A DNA stretch of 57,135 nt. Origin: an uncultured Streptococcus sp. GTDB lineage: Bacteria; Bacillota; Bacilli; Lactobacillales; Streptococcaceae. The stretch covers positions 1-57,135 of the forward strand of contig CAUSQY010000001.1 of the NCBI GenBank assembly GCA_963533645.1. Reading direction: 5' to 3'. Position 1 is the stretch's first letter, and every line of letters starts with the position of its first letter. The position numbers and the translations under genes were made by a program. The notes beneath the pieces were generated by a model that was not told the origin of the DNA, ran no database searches, and saw nothing but the letters and a program-made list of their open reading frames with translations. Positions 38,603 to 49,164 of this stretch are shown piece after piece.

Positions 38603-40047
38603 TGAACTTTGAAACAGTCATTGGACTTGAAGTCCACGTAGAGCTCAACACCAATTCAAAAATCTTCTCACCTACATCTGCCCACTTTGGAAATGACCAA
38701 AATGCCAATACCAACGTAATTGACTGGTCTTTCCCAGGAGTTCTTCCAGTTCTCAATAAAGGTGTTGTTGATGCTGGTATCAAGGCTGCTCTTGCCCTCA
38801 ACATGGACATCCACAAGCACATGCACTTTGACCGCAAGAACTACTTCTATCCCGATAATCCTAAAGCCTACCAAATTTCTCAGTTTGATGAGCCAATCGG
38901 CTACAACGGTTGGATTGAAGTGGAGCTCGAAGACGGTACGACTAAGAAAATCGGTATCGAACGCGCTCACTTGGAAGAAGACGCTGGTAAAAACACCCAC
39001 GGTACAGATGGCTACTCCTATGTCGACCTCAATCGTCAAGGGGTGCCTTTGATTGAGATCGTATCTGAAGCTGACATGCGTTCTCCAGAGGAAGCCTACG
39101 CTTATCTAACAGCCCTCAAGGAAGTTATCCAATACGCTGGCATTTCTGACGTTAAGATGGAAGAAGGTTCCATGCGTGTGGATGCCAATATCTCTCTTCG
39201 TCCTTATGGTCAAGAGAAATTCGGTACCAAGACTGAGTTGAAGAACTTGAATTCCTTCTCAAACGTTCGCAAGGGTCTTGAATACGAAGTCCAACGTCAA
39301 GCTGAAATCCTTCGCTCAGGTGGTCAAATCCGCCAAGAAACACGCCGTTACGATGAAGCTAACAAAGCAACCATCCTCATGCGTGTCAAAGAAGGAGCTG
39401 CGGACTACCGCTACTTCCCAGAGCCAGACCTACCACTCTTTGAAATCTCAGACGAGTGGATCGAAGAAATGCGAACTGAGTTGCCAGAATTTCCAAAAGA
39501 ACGCCGTGCGCGCTATGTGTCTGACCTTGGCTTGTCAGACTACGATGCTAGTCAGTTGACGGCAAACAAAGTCACTTCTGACTTCTTTGAAAAAGCTGTT
39601 GCCCTTGGTGGCGATGCTAAGCAAGTCTCTAACTGGCTCCAAGGTGAAGTCGCTCAGTTCTTGAATGCTGAAGGTAAAACACTGGAACAAATCGAATTGA
39701 CACCAGAAAACTTAGTAGAAATGATTGCCATCATTGAAGATGGTACCATCTCATCTAAGATTGCCAAGAAAGTCTTTGTTCATCTAGCTAAAAATGGTGG
39801 TAGCGCGCGTGAATACGTGGAAAAAGCAGGCTTGGTGCAAATCTCAGATCCAGATGTTCTGATTCCAATCATTCACCAAGTCTTTGCCGATAATGAAGCT
39901 GCTGTTGCTGACTTCAAATCAGGCAAACGAAACGCAGACAAGGCCTTCACAGGATTCCTTATGAAGGCAACCAAAGGCCAAGCCAACCCACAAGTTGCTC
40001 TTAAACTACTTGCCCAGGAATTGGCTAAGTTGAAAGACAGTGAGTAA
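38602..40047 (+). CDS. gatB: Asp/Glu-tRNA amidotransferase subunit B
   Basis: [39 protein letters not shown]. Confidence 0.98.
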   Translation: MNFETVIGLEVHVELNTNSKIFSPTSAHFGNDQNANTNVIDWSFPGVLPVLNKGVVDAGIKAALALNMDIHKHMHFDRKNYFYPDNPKAYQISQFDEPIGYNGWIEVELEDGTTKKIGIERAHLEEDAGKNTHGTDGYSYVDLNRQGVPLIEIVSEADMRSPEEAYAYLTALKEVIQYAGISDVKMEEGSMRVDANISLRPYGQEKFGTKTELKNLNSFSNVRKGLEYEVQRQAEILRSGGQIRQETRRYDEANKATILMRVKEGAADYRYFPEPDLPLFEISDEWIEEMRTELPEFPKERRARYVSDLGLSDYDASQLTANKVTSDFFEKAVALGGDAKQVSNWLQGEVAQFLNAEGKTLEQIELTPENLVEMIAIIEDGTISSKIAKKVFVHLAKNGGSAREYVEKAGLVQISDPDVLIPIIHQVFADNEAAVADFKSGKRNADKAFTGFLMKATKGQANPQVALKLLAQELAKLKDSE

Positions 40048-40109
40048 TTCGCTAGTAGCCACCCAGTAGTCTAGCCAGCTACCTTTTCAATCATATAGTT
40101 AGGAGACAC

Positions 40110-41066
40110 ATGAAAAAGTTTTACGCTCTTTTAATGACCTGTTTATTACTTGTTTTTCTATCCGTGCCTCAAATCGTTGATGCGGGTGTCGGACATTCCA
40201 GAAGTGGAGGGAGCAGCCGCAGTAGCTCCAGAAGTAGCAGCCGCTCAAGTGGAGGTGGAAGTCGTTCTGGCGGATCATCCTACCACTACTACCGCTCTGG
40301 ATACGGATCATCCTCTGACAGTTCTACTAGCTCTCCCTATCTAGGATTTATGTTCATATTAGTCGGAGGAATCATACTAGTTGTTATCGTCAAATCCTTG
40401 CAGAATAAGTCTGGAGATTCGAGTTCAACCTACACTAGTAATGATTATCAGACGCTCCATCGTCGAGTTGAACACAACACACTGGCCATTAGTCGTGTGA
40501 AATATGGGGATCCAAACTTTGACGCGGAAGCCTTCACATCTTGGGTTAAGGAAGTCTACCTTAAATTGCAGGTTGCCTGGACTGAAAAAAATTGGAACTC
40601 TGTCCGCACTTTGGAAAGTACCAGTCTCTACTCTCAACATAGCACCCAACTCGAAGACCATATTCGAGCTAAAACAACCAATGTTTTAGAGAAAGTTTGT
40701 ATCGAAAATGTTCGCATCAAGGAGTTCATTGAAAATCCTGACGGAAACGACACCTTAGTGGTGATCCTGTCATCTACCTTGCGTGACTATGTCATTGACG
40801 ATGAGACTCGCCGTGTCCTTGAAGGAGACCCTAAAAAAGATCTCTTCACCGTGTATCAATTGAACTTTATCCGTCAACACGGTAGCCAAACACAAGCAGT
40901 CAATCCAGACGAAGTTGTGAGCGACCACTGTCCAAACTGTGGCGCCCCATTGAAAATCTCTGCAGTTAGCGAGTGCGACTACTGTGGTGCCAATCTCTCT
41001 CGCAGTCCAAACCAATGGGTACTGGATACCTATGATGTTGTGGATGAAGACGAGCTTTATAATTAG
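40110..41066 (+). CDS. membrane protein with Tim44-like domain and C-terminal zinc ribbon
   Basis: Signal peptide, Gly/Ser/Arg-rich linker, one TM, DPNFD...F......Y...Q.AW Tim44-like region, CPNCG..CDYCG. Confidence 0.75.
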   Translation: MKKFYALLMTCLLLVFLSVPQIVDAGVGHSRSGGSSRSSSRSSSRSSGGGSRSGGSSYHYYRSGYGSSSDSSTSSPYLGFMFILVGGIILVVIVKSLQNKSGDSSSTYTSNDYQTLHRRVEHNTLAISRVKYGDPNFDAEAFTSWVKEVYLKLQVAWTEKNWNSVRTLESTSLYSQHSTQLEDHIRAKTTNVLEKVCIENVRIKEFIENPDGNDTLVVILSSTLRDYVIDDETRRVLEGDPKKDLFTVYQLNFIRQHGSQTQAVNPDEVVSDHCPNCGAPLKISAVSECDYCGANLSRSPNQWVLDTYDVVDEDELYN

Positions 41067-41074
41067 GAGGAATT

Positions 41075-42202
41075 ATGGGATTTATACGTGCAGCCTTATC
41101 AGCAGGCTTAAATAGTTTTAATGATAGTAAATTCAAGGAAGCCATTGTCCTTCCAGATAATGTCTCTGGCGACGCCTTGGCCATCAAGGGGCAATTGCTC
41201 ACAAAAGACCCAGATGGACGTTCTCGTCACAGCAATCAAAATACAGGCCTCTTGTCAGATGGCAGTGTAGTCATCGTTCCTCAAGGCTATAGCGCTGTTT
41301 TGGTAAACAACGGTACCTTCCTTGGTGAAGTTCTCGAAGCTGGTAGCCACGAATGGCAAGCTGGTGATAATGCCTGGCTCCTTGAAAAAGGTGGTTTAAA
41401 AGGCACTTGGGAAAACTTTAAAAACCGTTTCTCTTTTGGTGGACAAGTCATCACTCAACAAGAAATCATCTTTATCCGCATGCAACCTATTGCAGGTAAT
41501 AAGTTCGGCACACAAAATGCGGTCGAATATTTCAGTGAACGTTACCAACAACTGCTCAACATTCGTTTCTATGGCTTGTTTGATGTAAAAATAGCTGACC
41601 CAGTCCTCTTCTACGTGAGTTCTGTTAGCCGTCAAATTACTGACGGACAGCCATTTACTCTCCAAGATGTAGCTCAAGGAACGCTCCGTCAAAATATCGC
41701 ACCAAAAATCGCGATTGCCATCGCCAAATATACCAACGAAAACAAGGTTGATATCTATAGCCTCAATGCCAACCAAGATACCTTTAACGAACTCGCTAAA
41801 CAAGAGGTCAACAAGGTTTGGACAGGCCTCTACGGAATTGAAGCAACTAATATCTTGCTTGAAGACCTCAGCTACGACCAAGAAAGTCTTGATATCGTTC
41901 GCAAGCTTGATAGTGAGCTCGTGGCAATGAAGTACAACACGATTGAAATCGAAGAACGCCGTGCTCGTAACGAAGCCCTCATTGCTGCAGCTGCCAACGA
42001 AGGAAATGGCAATGGGATGAACATGTTTATGGGTATGAATCTTGGCCAAACTCTCGGTGGTCAACTAAGCCAACAAGTCCAAAATCAAGCGCCGGCTCAA
42101 AACACTGGGCAAACTGCCAGCAAGAATTTTTACATCGAAGTCGATGGAAAATACGTTCTCGTTACCAAAGACGAAGATGGAAATATCGTACCAGTCAACT
42201 AA
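41075..42202 (+). CDS. SPFH/Band-7 domain protein (YdjI / virion-core-protein-like)
   Basis: L.DGS..IVP.G..A.LV.NG, RFSFGG, NKFGT, RFYG.F...I.DP.LF and AAANEG.G.GM.MGMNLG motifs. Confidence 0.8.
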   Translation: MGFIRAALSAGLNSFNDSKFKEAIVLPDNVSGDALAIKGQLLTKDPDGRSRHSNQNTGLLSDGSVVIVPQGYSAVLVNNGTFLGEVLEAGSHEWQAGDNAWLLEKGGLKGTWENFKNRFSFGGQVITQQEIIFIRMQPIAGNKFGTQNAVEYFSERYQQLLNIRFYGLFDVKIADPVLFYVSSVSRQITDGQPFTLQDVAQGTLRQNIAPKIAIAIAKYTNENKVDIYSLNANQDTFNELAKQEVNKVWTGLYGIEATNILLEDLSYDQESLDIVRKLDSELVAMKYNTIEIEERRARNEALIAAAANEGNGNGMNMFMGMNLGQTLGGQLSQQVQNQAPAQNTGQTASKNFYIEVDGKYVLVTKDEDGNIVPVN

Positions 42203-42283
42203 TTAAGCTCCTTCTGACATTTGAGTAATGTTGTCTTTTATGGTACAATAAAGAGTAAATTATTTTATTAAAGAGGTAAAAAC

Positions 42284-42844
42284 ATGATTGAAGCAAGTAA
42301 ATTAAAGGCTGGTATGACCTTTGAAACAGCTGACGGAAAATTGATCCGCGTTTTGGAAGCTAGCCACCACAAACCAGGTAAAGGAAACACCATCATGCGT
42401 ATGAAATTGCGTGATGTCCGTACTGGTTCTACATTTGACACAAGCTACCGTCCAGAGGAAAAATTTGAACAAGCCATCATCGAGACTGTCCCAGCTCAAT
42501 ACTTGTACAAAATGGATGACACAGCTTACTTCATGAATACAGAAACTTACGACCAATACGAAATTCCTGTAGTCAACGTTGAAAACGAATTGCTTTACAT
42601 CCTTGAAAACTCAGATGTGAAGATCCAATTCTACGGAACTGAAGTAATCGGTGTGACAGTTCCAACTACTGTTGAATTGACAGTTGCAGAAACTCAACCA
42701 TCTATCAAAGGTGCTACTGTTACAGGTTCTGGTAAACCAGCAACGATGGAAACTGGACTTGTCGTAAACGTTCCAGACTTCATCGAAGCAGGACAAAAAC
42801 TCGTTATCAACACTGCAGAAGGAACTTACGTTTCTCGTGCCTAA
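42284..42844 (+). CDS. efp: elongation factor P
   Basis: [23 protein letters not shown]. Confidence 0.98.
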
Positions 42845-42865
42845 TCTCTAGAAAGAGGTCATTCT

Positions 42866-43255
42866 ATGGGAATTGAAGAACAACTTGGCGAAATCGTTAT
42901 CGCCCCACGTGTACTTGAAAAAATCATTGCTATTGCTACTGCAAAAGTAGAGGGTGTTCACTCTTTTTCAAACAAATCAGTATCTGACACCCTTTCAAAA
43001 CTTTCACTCGGCCGTGGCGTTTATCTAAAAAACGTGGACGAAGAACTCACAGCTGATATCTACCTCTACCTAGAGTACGGAGTAAAAGTTCCTAAGGTAG
43101 CGGTTGCTATCCAGAAAGCTGTCAAAGATGCCGTCCGTAATATGGCTGATGTAGAACTCGCTGCTATCAATATTCACGTTGCAGGTATCGTTCCAGATAA
43201 AACACCAAAACCAGAATTGAAAGATCTATTTGACGAGGACTTCCTCAATGACTAG
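42866..43255 (+). CDS. Asp23/Gls24 family envelope stress protein
   Basis: GEIVIAPRVLEKII.IA, YG..VP.VA..IQ..V motifs; efp-nusB context. Confidence 0.9.
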   Translation: MGIEEQLGEIVIAPRVLEKIIAIATAKVEGVHSFSNKSVSDTLSKLSLGRGVYLKNVDEELTADIYLYLEYGVKVPKVAVAIQKAVKDAVRNMADVELAAINIHVAGIVPDKTPKPELKDLFDEDFLND

Positions 43256-43670
43256 TCCACTATTAGAATCTAGACGCCAACTCCGTAAATGCGCTTTTCA
43301 AGCTCTCATGAGTCTTGAGTTCGGTACGGATGTCGAAACTGCTTGTCGTTTCGCCTATACTCATGATCGTGAAGATACGGATGTGCAGCTTCCAGCCTTT
43401 TTGACAGAGCTAGTTTCTGGTGTTCAAGCTAAAAAGGAAGAACTAGACAAGCAAATCACACAGCATTTAAAAGCAGGTTGGACCATCGAGCGTTTAACAC
43501 TCGTGGAGAGAAACCTCCTTCGCTTGGGAGTCTTTGAAATCACTTCATTTGACACCCCTCAGTTGGTTGCTGTTAATGAAGCTATTGAGCTTGCAAAGGA
43601 CTTCTCAGATCAAAAATCTGCCCGTTTTATCAACGGACTGCTCAGCCAGTTTGTAACAGAAGAACAGTAA
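43248..43670 (+). CDS. nusB: transcription antitermination factor NusB
   Basis: RR..R..AFQAL, W..ERL..VERN.LRL, NEAIELAK.F, FINGLL. Confidence 0.96.
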   Translation: MTSPLLESRRQLRKCAFQALMSLEFGTDVETACRFAYTHDREDTDVQLPAFLTELVSGVQAKKEELDKQITQHLKAGWTIERLTLVERNLLRLGVFEITSFDTPQLVAVNEAIELAKDFSDQKSARFINGLLSQFVTEEQ

Positions 43671-43674
43671 AAAG

Positions 43675-43706
43675 AAAAAGTGTTTGACAGCTATCAAACA
43701 CTTTTT
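43675..43706. terminator. bidirectional terminator (copy 1)
   Basis: aaaaagtgtttga-cagcta-tcaaacacttttt. Confidence 0.8.
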
Positions 43707-43719
43707 TCTTTGCCTACCA

Positions 43720-44445
43720 CTATCTAAAAAAGTGGTAATAGACATAATTATAAACAAAAATCCAGATGGGTTTTGCATAAATAAGGAAGTTGAAAAAACT
43801 ATGGCAAAGGATGGTGATTGTTAAGTTCTTTGTCCAACGGTAGACAAGGGCATAGAAGAGACCGCCTAAACTATAAATAATCAAACTGATAGGATCTCGG
43901 TGAGTTAGGATCAAATGACTAAGTCCAAAGATAAGAGCAGATAGGATAACATCCAGATAGTACTTGGACTGGGGGAAAAAGGTATTCATAAAGTACCCTC
44001 TATGAATCAGTTCCTCTAATATAGGTCCGACGACTACTGTTAAACTAAAACTGAGAACAGTTGATAGAAAAGTTGGTTGCCCATTGGAGTATAGAATCGA
44101 AAGAAGGTCTTGAAAGATATACTTGTTATCAATTAAGTGATGAAACTGTAACTGAAAAGCATCCACCAATTGACGATCAAAATAAGTAGCCACTAGACCA
44201 AATACAAGGTAAAAGAATCTTGACTTCTTCGAACCCTTTTTCTCAAAAATATAGAGCATCTCTTTCTTTTTGAGCCAGTAGATAAATAATAGCAAAAGAG
44301 CTATTACTTCAACTGTTAAAAAGATAGAATAGCCATCTATCCCCCATCCTAAAAACTTAGTTAGATGCATAATCCCTAACTCTGGTAGATAAATCGATAG
44401 AAATACCAGTAAGATAAAGACTCCCAAATGCCCTAGTTTTTTCAT
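43720..44445 (-). CDS. CPBP/Abi (CAAX protease-like) membrane protein
   Basis: EExxxR (EELIHRG), FGLSH, HSFFN motifs. Confidence 0.9.
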   Translation of the reverse strand: MKKLGHLGVFILLVFLSIYLPELGIMHLTKFLGWGIDGYSIFLTVEVIALLLLFIYWLKKKEMLYIFEKKGSKKSRFFYLVFGLVATYFDRQLVDAFQLQFHHLIDNKYIFQDLLSILYSNGQPTFLSTVLSFSLTVVVGPILEELIHRGYFMNTFFPQSKYYLDVILSALIFGLSHLILTHRDPISLIIYSLGGLFYALVYRWTKNLTITILCHSFFNFLIYAKPIWIFVYNYVYYHFFR

Positions 44446-44463
44446 ACTTACCCCTTTAAATTA

Positions 44464-44646
44464 TCAATAGCCAATACCAGAACCACGTCTAGTCGCATGA
44501 GTCAATATTGTACTCGAGTCAGTTGCAATGCTATAAGCATAAGGCCAACTCCAATTTATATCATCAACCAACCAAATCATGCCACTACCTGAAACTTGGT
44601 CTAACTCTTCAGATGAAAGAACTGTAAATGTATCTGTACCTGTCAT
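44464..44646 (-). CDS. 60-aa double-glycine-type peptide, divergent BriC-like
   Basis: ATG at 44646 after AAGGAG; leader MTGTDTFTVLSSEELDQVSGSG resembles the pneumococcal BriC leader; same position downstream of accA. Confidence 0.75.
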   Translation of the reverse strand: MTGTDTFTVLSSEELDQVSGSGMIWLVDDINWSWPYAYSIATDSSTILTHATRRGSGIGY

Positions 44647-44690
44647 TCCAAGTAGCTCCTTAAAATAAAATTTTGTAAGCTTACATCTAC

Positions 44691-44757
44691 AGTATACATC
44701 TTTTTTATCTATTTTATAGTCCATTTCCTCAACTGTCAATTTATCACCCTAAATGGT
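44691..44757 (-). promoter_or_regulatory. ComE/BlpR-type direct repeat plus -10 box
   Basis: ACCATTTAG-12nt-ACAGTTGAG (44757-44728), 31 nt, then TATACT (44696-44691). Confidence 0.75.
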
Positions 44758-44821
44758 GGCTTTACTCATTGAGAAATAAGAAATTGATAAAAGAGATTTC
44801 TCTATCTTCCCATCAAATTAG

Positions 44822-44853
44822 AAAAAGTGTTTGACAATTATCAAACACTTTTT
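44822..44853 (-). terminator. terminator (copy 2, paralogue of 43675-43706)
   Basis: aaaaagtgtttga-caatta-tcaaacacttttt. Confidence 0.8.
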
Positions 44854-44866
44854 TCTTTGTTTCCTA

Positions 44867-45568
44867 CTATCTAAAAATCAAATAATAAATATAAAATAAA
44901 ATCGACGGTGCATAGGGAATCGCATTATAGAAACTATGACAAACAATGGTAAATCGAAGACTACCCGTAACTCGATAAGCGACTGCAAATAGAAGACCAA
45001 GAATACTATAAATGATGAGGCTGATGGGATCATGATGGGATAGAATCAAGTGACTGAGACCAAAGATGAAAGAAGACAAGATCACATCCAAATAAAACTC
45101 CGACTTCGGAAAGAAGGTATTCATAAAATAACCCCTATAGATTGTCTCCTCAACAACAGGTACAATCGAAATGTTAAAGATTAAAAATATAAGACTTGAT
45201 AGAGTCGTTTCTCTTCCGTTTAAGTAAAGTTCTGAAAGAAGGTCTTGGAAAATAAAGCTATGGTCAATCAATCGAATATTCTGCATTCTAAATCCATTTA
45301 AAAAAGAATAGATAAGAAAGCAAGCCACTAAGAAAGCGAGATAGGACCAGCGCCAACCCTTTTTCTCGAAGATAAAGAGCATCTTCTTCTTTTTCAACCA
45401 CAAAACGAATAAAAAGAAAATAAGCAACACTTCTCCAACTAGGAAGATTATATAGCTGTCCATTCCTAAACCAAAGGTTCTAGCTAGAGTTATAGCTCCT
45501 AATGGCGTTAAATAAATGTACAGGAACATTAAAATCATACAGATTCCTAAATGTATTGTCTTTTTCAT
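44867..45568 (-). CDS. CPBP/Abi (CAAX protease-like) membrane protein, paralogue
   Basis: EETIYRGYFMNTFFP, FGLSH, HSFYN; aligns along its length with 43720-44445. Confidence 0.9.
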   Translation of the reverse strand: MKKTIHLGICMILMFLYIYLTPLGAITLARTFGLGMDSYIIFLVGEVLLIFFLFVLWLKKKKMLFIFEKKGWRWSYLAFLVACFLIYSFLNGFRMQNIRLIDHSFIFQDLLSELYLNGRETTLSSLIFLIFNISIVPVVEETIYRGYFMNTFFPKSEFYLDVILSSFIFGLSHLILSHHDPISLIIYSILGLLFAVAYRVTGSLRFTIVCHSFYNAIPYAPSILFYIYYLIFR

Positions 45569-45662
45569 TCTTTCTCTCCTAATGGTAAACTCTCTATTAG
45601 TGCTCTATAGAGGATATACTATTGATTGTTTTTCTTATTTATCTATGCTCTATTATCAAAAT

Positions 45663-45688
45663 AGCTAGAACAAATTGTTCTAGCTTTT
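45663..45688 (-). terminator. hairpin after accA
   Basis: agctagaaca-aat-tgttctagct inverted repeat. Confidence 0.6.
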
Positions 45689-45696
45689 AAATGTTC

Positions 45697-46464
45697 TTAG
45701 TATTTTCTAAATCGTTGGTAACGTTCTTCAATAAGTTGGTCGAGTGGTAGTTCTTGCAACCTATCTAGTTCTGCACGCAATTCATTTTTAACGCAACCTA
45801 GCAGTTCTTTACTTGACAGCCCTGCTTCTGAGATTACCTTGTCTACGATTCCCATTTCTAGAAGTTCGTGTGAAGTGATTTTCATCAACTCCGCTGCTTC
45901 CATAGCACGACTTCCATCCTTCCAAAGGATAGAGGCAAATCCTTCAGGGCTAAGTACGGCGTAGATTGAGTTTTCTAACATCCAGACACGGTTAGCTACG
46001 GCTAGAGCTAGGGCCCCACCAGATCCTCCTTCACCGATAATAATCGCGATGATTGGAACCTTGAGATCACTCATTTCCATCAGGTTTCGGGCGATTGCTT
46101 CACCTTGTCCACGTTCCTCGGCTCCAACACCTGGGTAAGCACCCGCCGTATTGATAAAGGTCACAACTGGACGGCCAAACTTTTCTGCCTGTTTCATCAA
46201 ACGTAAGGCCTTACGATAACCTTCTGGATGAGGTTGCCCGAAATTCCGTTTGAGGTTGTCATGAAGACTCTTCCCCTTTTGGATACCAAGGACAGTTACT
46301 GCTTGTTCACCTAACCAGCCAATTCCACCGATAACCGCACCATCATCGCGGAAAGAGCGATCTCCATGCAATTCGATAAACTCGTCAAAGATTCCATTGG
46401 CAAAATCAAGTGCGGTCAAACGACTCTGCTCGCGTGCCTCTCTGACTATTTTTGCAATATTCAT
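45697..46464 (-). CDS. accA: acetyl-CoA carboxylase carboxyltransferase alpha
   Basis: [24 protein letters not shown]. Confidence 0.97.
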   Translation of the reverse strand: MNIAKIVREAREQSRLTALDFANGIFDEFIELHGDRSFRDDGAVIGGIGWLGEQAVTVLGIQKGKSLHDNLKRNFGQPHPEGYRKALRLMKQAEKFGRPVVTFINTAGAYPGVGAEERGQGEAIARNLMEMSDLKVPIIAIIIGEGGSGGALALAVANRVWMLENSIYAVLSPEGFASILWKDGSRAMEAAELMKITSHELLEMGIVDKVISEAGLSSKELLGCVKNELRAELDRLQELPLDQLIEERYQRFRKY

Positions 46465-47327
46465 CCGCGACTTCCTCCATGCAATCTTACTAATTTAGCA
46501 ATTGTTTCAGGCAATTCTCTCCGTTTGACAATTGCATCAACAAATCCATGTTCAAGCAAAAATTCTGCCTTTTGGAAGTCATCCGGCAAGGTCTCTCGAA
46601 CTGTATTTTCGATAACACGACGCCCAGCAAAACCAACCAAACTCTGTGGCTCCGCTAGGATAATATCACCTTCCATAGCAAAAGAAGCGGTCACCCCACC
46701 TGTTGTCGGATCGGTCAAAATAGTTAGGTAAAAAAGTCCGGCCTTGGAATGACGTTGAACTGCCGCAGAAATTTTAGCCATCTGCATCAAGCTCATGATT
46801 CCTTCTTGCATACGGGCTCCACCAGAAGCTGTGAAAAGTACGACTGGCAAGTTTTCTACCGTTGCATACTCAAACAAGCACGTGATTTTTTCACCCACAA
46901 CGGTTCCCATAGAAGCCATGATAAAGTTTGAATCCATAATCCCAAGGGCAACTTTTTGTCCCTTGATGTTAGCTGTACCAGTCAGCACTGCTTCATCCAA
47001 ACCTGTCTTTTCACGCATAGTAGCAAGTTTTTTCTGGTAGCCAGGAAAGTTTAATGGATCTTGAGTTTCAATACCCGTAAACATCTCCACAAAGCTGTCA
47101 GAATCAATCGTCAAATCCAAGCGTTCCTGAGCTGAAATACGGAAAGTATAGCTACAATGGGGACAAATGCGCTCACTCCCAAGGTCCTTTTGGTAAATGG
47201 TGTGTTTACAACCAGGACACTGGGAAAAGAGTTCATCCGGAACCTCAGGCTTGGCTTGTGGTTTCTGCCTTACGGAACGGTTAGGATTGATCCGAATATA
47301 CTTATCCTTTTTACTAAATAGAGCCAT
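46461..47327 (-). CDS. accD: acetyl-CoA carboxylase carboxyltransferase beta
   Basis: Zn finger [28 protein letters not shown]. Confidence 0.97.
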   Translation of the reverse strand: MALFSKKDKYIRINPNRSVRQKPQAKPEVPDELFSQCPGCKHTIYQKDLGSERICPHCSYTFRISAQERLDLTIDSDSFVEMFTGIETQDPLNFPGYQKKLATMREKTGLDEAVLTGTANIKGQKVALGIMDSNFIMASMGTVVGEKITCLFEYATVENLPVVLFTASGGARMQEGIMSLMQMAKISAAVQRHSKAGLFYLTILTDPTTGGVTASFAMEGDIILAEPQSLVGFAGRRVIENTVRETLPDDFQKAEFLLEHGFVDAIVKRRELPETIAKLVRLHGGSRG

Positions 47328-47362
47328 AACTCCCCCTTTTAGTTCTCATACTGTTTGAAAGT

Positions 47363-48730
47363 CTATTCTTTTTCTTGGTATTTTGGCAAGAAAGTTTCCA
47401 TCAAGAAGGAAGTATCATAGTCACCAGCGATAACTCGGCGGTCTGAAATCAGATCCAACTGGAAGTCTGCATTGGTTTGCACTCCTTCAATATCAAGTTC
47501 ATAAAGTGCCCGTTGCATCTTCATAAGAGCGTCAAAACGATTCTCCCCATGAACAATGATTTTGGCAATCATACTATCATAGAAAGGAGGAATGGTATAA
47601 CCTGGATAGACTGCAGAGTCTACACGCAATCCAACTCCTCCACTTGGAAGGTAGAGGTTGGTGATTTTTCCTGGGCTTGGAGCAAAGTTAAATGCTGGAT
47701 TTTCCGCATTGATCCGGCACTCGATAGCATGACCTCGTAGGACAATATCTTCTTGTTTGAAAGGTAAAGGTTGCCCGGCAGCAATGCGAATCTGTTCCTT
47801 CACGATATCCACACCTGAAACAAACTCTGTGACTGGGTGTTCAACTTGCACACGAGTATTCATTTCCATGAAGTAGAAATTGCCACTCGCTTCATCGAGA
47901 AGAAATTCAATCGTACCTGCATTTTCATAGCCTACAGACTCTGCTGCACGAACGGCTGCAGCACCAATTTCATGACGAAGGGTTTTACCGATCGCAATGG
48001 ATGGGCTTTCTTCTAAGACCTTTTGGTTATTCCGTTGGAGTGAACAATCCCGTTCACCAAGATGGACAACATGACCCTCTTGATCTGCAAGAATCTGAAC
48101 TTCGATATGACGAGCTGGATAAATCACACGTTCAAGATACATAGCGCCATTTCCAAAATTGGCCTTAGCTTCACTGGATGCTGTCTCAAAGGCTGCGACC
48201 AAGTCTTCTGCCTTTTCAACCTTACGAATTCCCTTTCCACCACCACCTGCCGATGCCTTAAGCATGACTGGATAGCCAATTTTTTCTGCAACTGCAAGGG
48301 CCTCTTCAGCCGTGTGAACTTCACCATCAGATCCTGGGATAACTGGAACCCCAGCCTTGATCATTTGCTCACGCGCATTGATCTTATCTCCCATGGTATC
48401 CATTACTGCCCCAGAAGGACCGATGAACTTGATCCCCACTTCGTCACACATAGTGGCAAACTTGGAATTCTCACTAAGAAATCCAAAACCTGGGTGGATG
48501 GCTTCTGCCTCTGTCAAGACTGCAGCCGATAAAATAGCGTTGATATTGAGATAAGATTCTGTCGCCTTACCAGGTCCGATACAGATAGCTTCATCTGCTA
48601 GGAGTGTGTGAAGAGCTTCCTTATCAGCAGTTGAATAGACTGCTACAGTCGCAATGCCCAATTCACGCGCAGCTCGAATAATGCGAACCGCAATCTCACC
48701 ACGGTTGGCAATCAAAATTTTACGAAACAT
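47363..48730 (-). CDS. accC: biotin carboxylase
   Basis: ANRGEIAVR, GGGGKGIR, EMNTRVQVEHPVTE. Confidence 0.98.
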   Translation of the reverse strand: MFRKILIANRGEIAVRIIRAARELGIATVAVYSTADKEALHTLLADEAICIGPGKATESYLNINAILSAAVLTEAEAIHPGFGFLSENSKFATMCDEVGIKFIGPSGAVMDTMGDKINAREQMIKAGVPVIPGSDGEVHTAEEALAVAEKIGYPVMLKASAGGGGKGIRKVEKAEDLVAAFETASSEAKANFGNGAMYLERVIYPARHIEVQILADQEGHVVHLGERDCSLQRNNQKVLEESPSIAIGKTLRHEIGAAAVRAAESVGYENAGTIEFLLDEASGNFYFMEMNTRVQVEHPVTEFVSGVDIVKEQIRIAAGQPLPFKQEDIVLRGHAIECRINAENPAFNFAPSPGKITNLYLPSGGVGLRVDSAVYPGYTIPPFYDSMIAKIIVHGENRFDALMKMQRALYELDIEGVQTNADFQLDLISDRRVIAGDYDTSFLMETFLPKYQEKE

Positions 48731-48741
48731 GGAGAACCTCC

Positions 48742-49164
48742 TTAGTTTCCAATTGCAAAGGTAAGAGTACCACTCGCTGCAAGCTTACCATCTACTTCAG
48801 CCTTTGCTTCAACCACAGCAATCGTACCACGACGTTTGACAAAAGTAGCCGTCATGACTAATTGGTCACCTGGTACAACTTGCTTCTTGAACTTAACCTT
48901 GTCCATGCCAGCATAGAAGACCAGTTTCCCTTTATTTTCAGGTTTGGACAATTCCAAGACACCAGCAGTCTGGGCCAAGGCTTCCATGATAAGAACACCT
49001 GGCATAACTGGGTATTGAGGAAAATGACCATTGAAGAAAGGTTCGTTGATGGTGACATTTTTAATGGCAACAATGGTATCCTCGCTCACTTCCAAGACAC
49101 GGTCCACTAGGAGCATAGGATAACGGTGGGGAAGAGCTTCTTTGATTCCTTGAATATCGATCAT
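48742..49164 (-). CDS. fabZ: 3-hydroxyacyl-ACP dehydratase
   Basis: [27 protein letters not shown]. Confidence 0.97.
   Translation of the reverse strand: MIDIQGIKEALPHRYPMLLVDRVLEVSEDTIVAIKNVTINEPFFNGHFPQYPVMPGVLIMEALAQTAGVLELSKPENKGKLVFYAGMDKVKFKKQVVPGDQLVMTATFVKRRGTIAVVEAKAEVDGKLAASGTLTFAIGN

Noticed and set aside
41396..42064. 222-aa minus-strand ORF
   Set aside because: Fully antisense to the SPFH gene; no recognisable motifs
44647..44739. N-terminal extension giving a 91-aa peptide ORF
   Set aside because: Runs through the ComE box and -10; the RBS supports ATG at 44646
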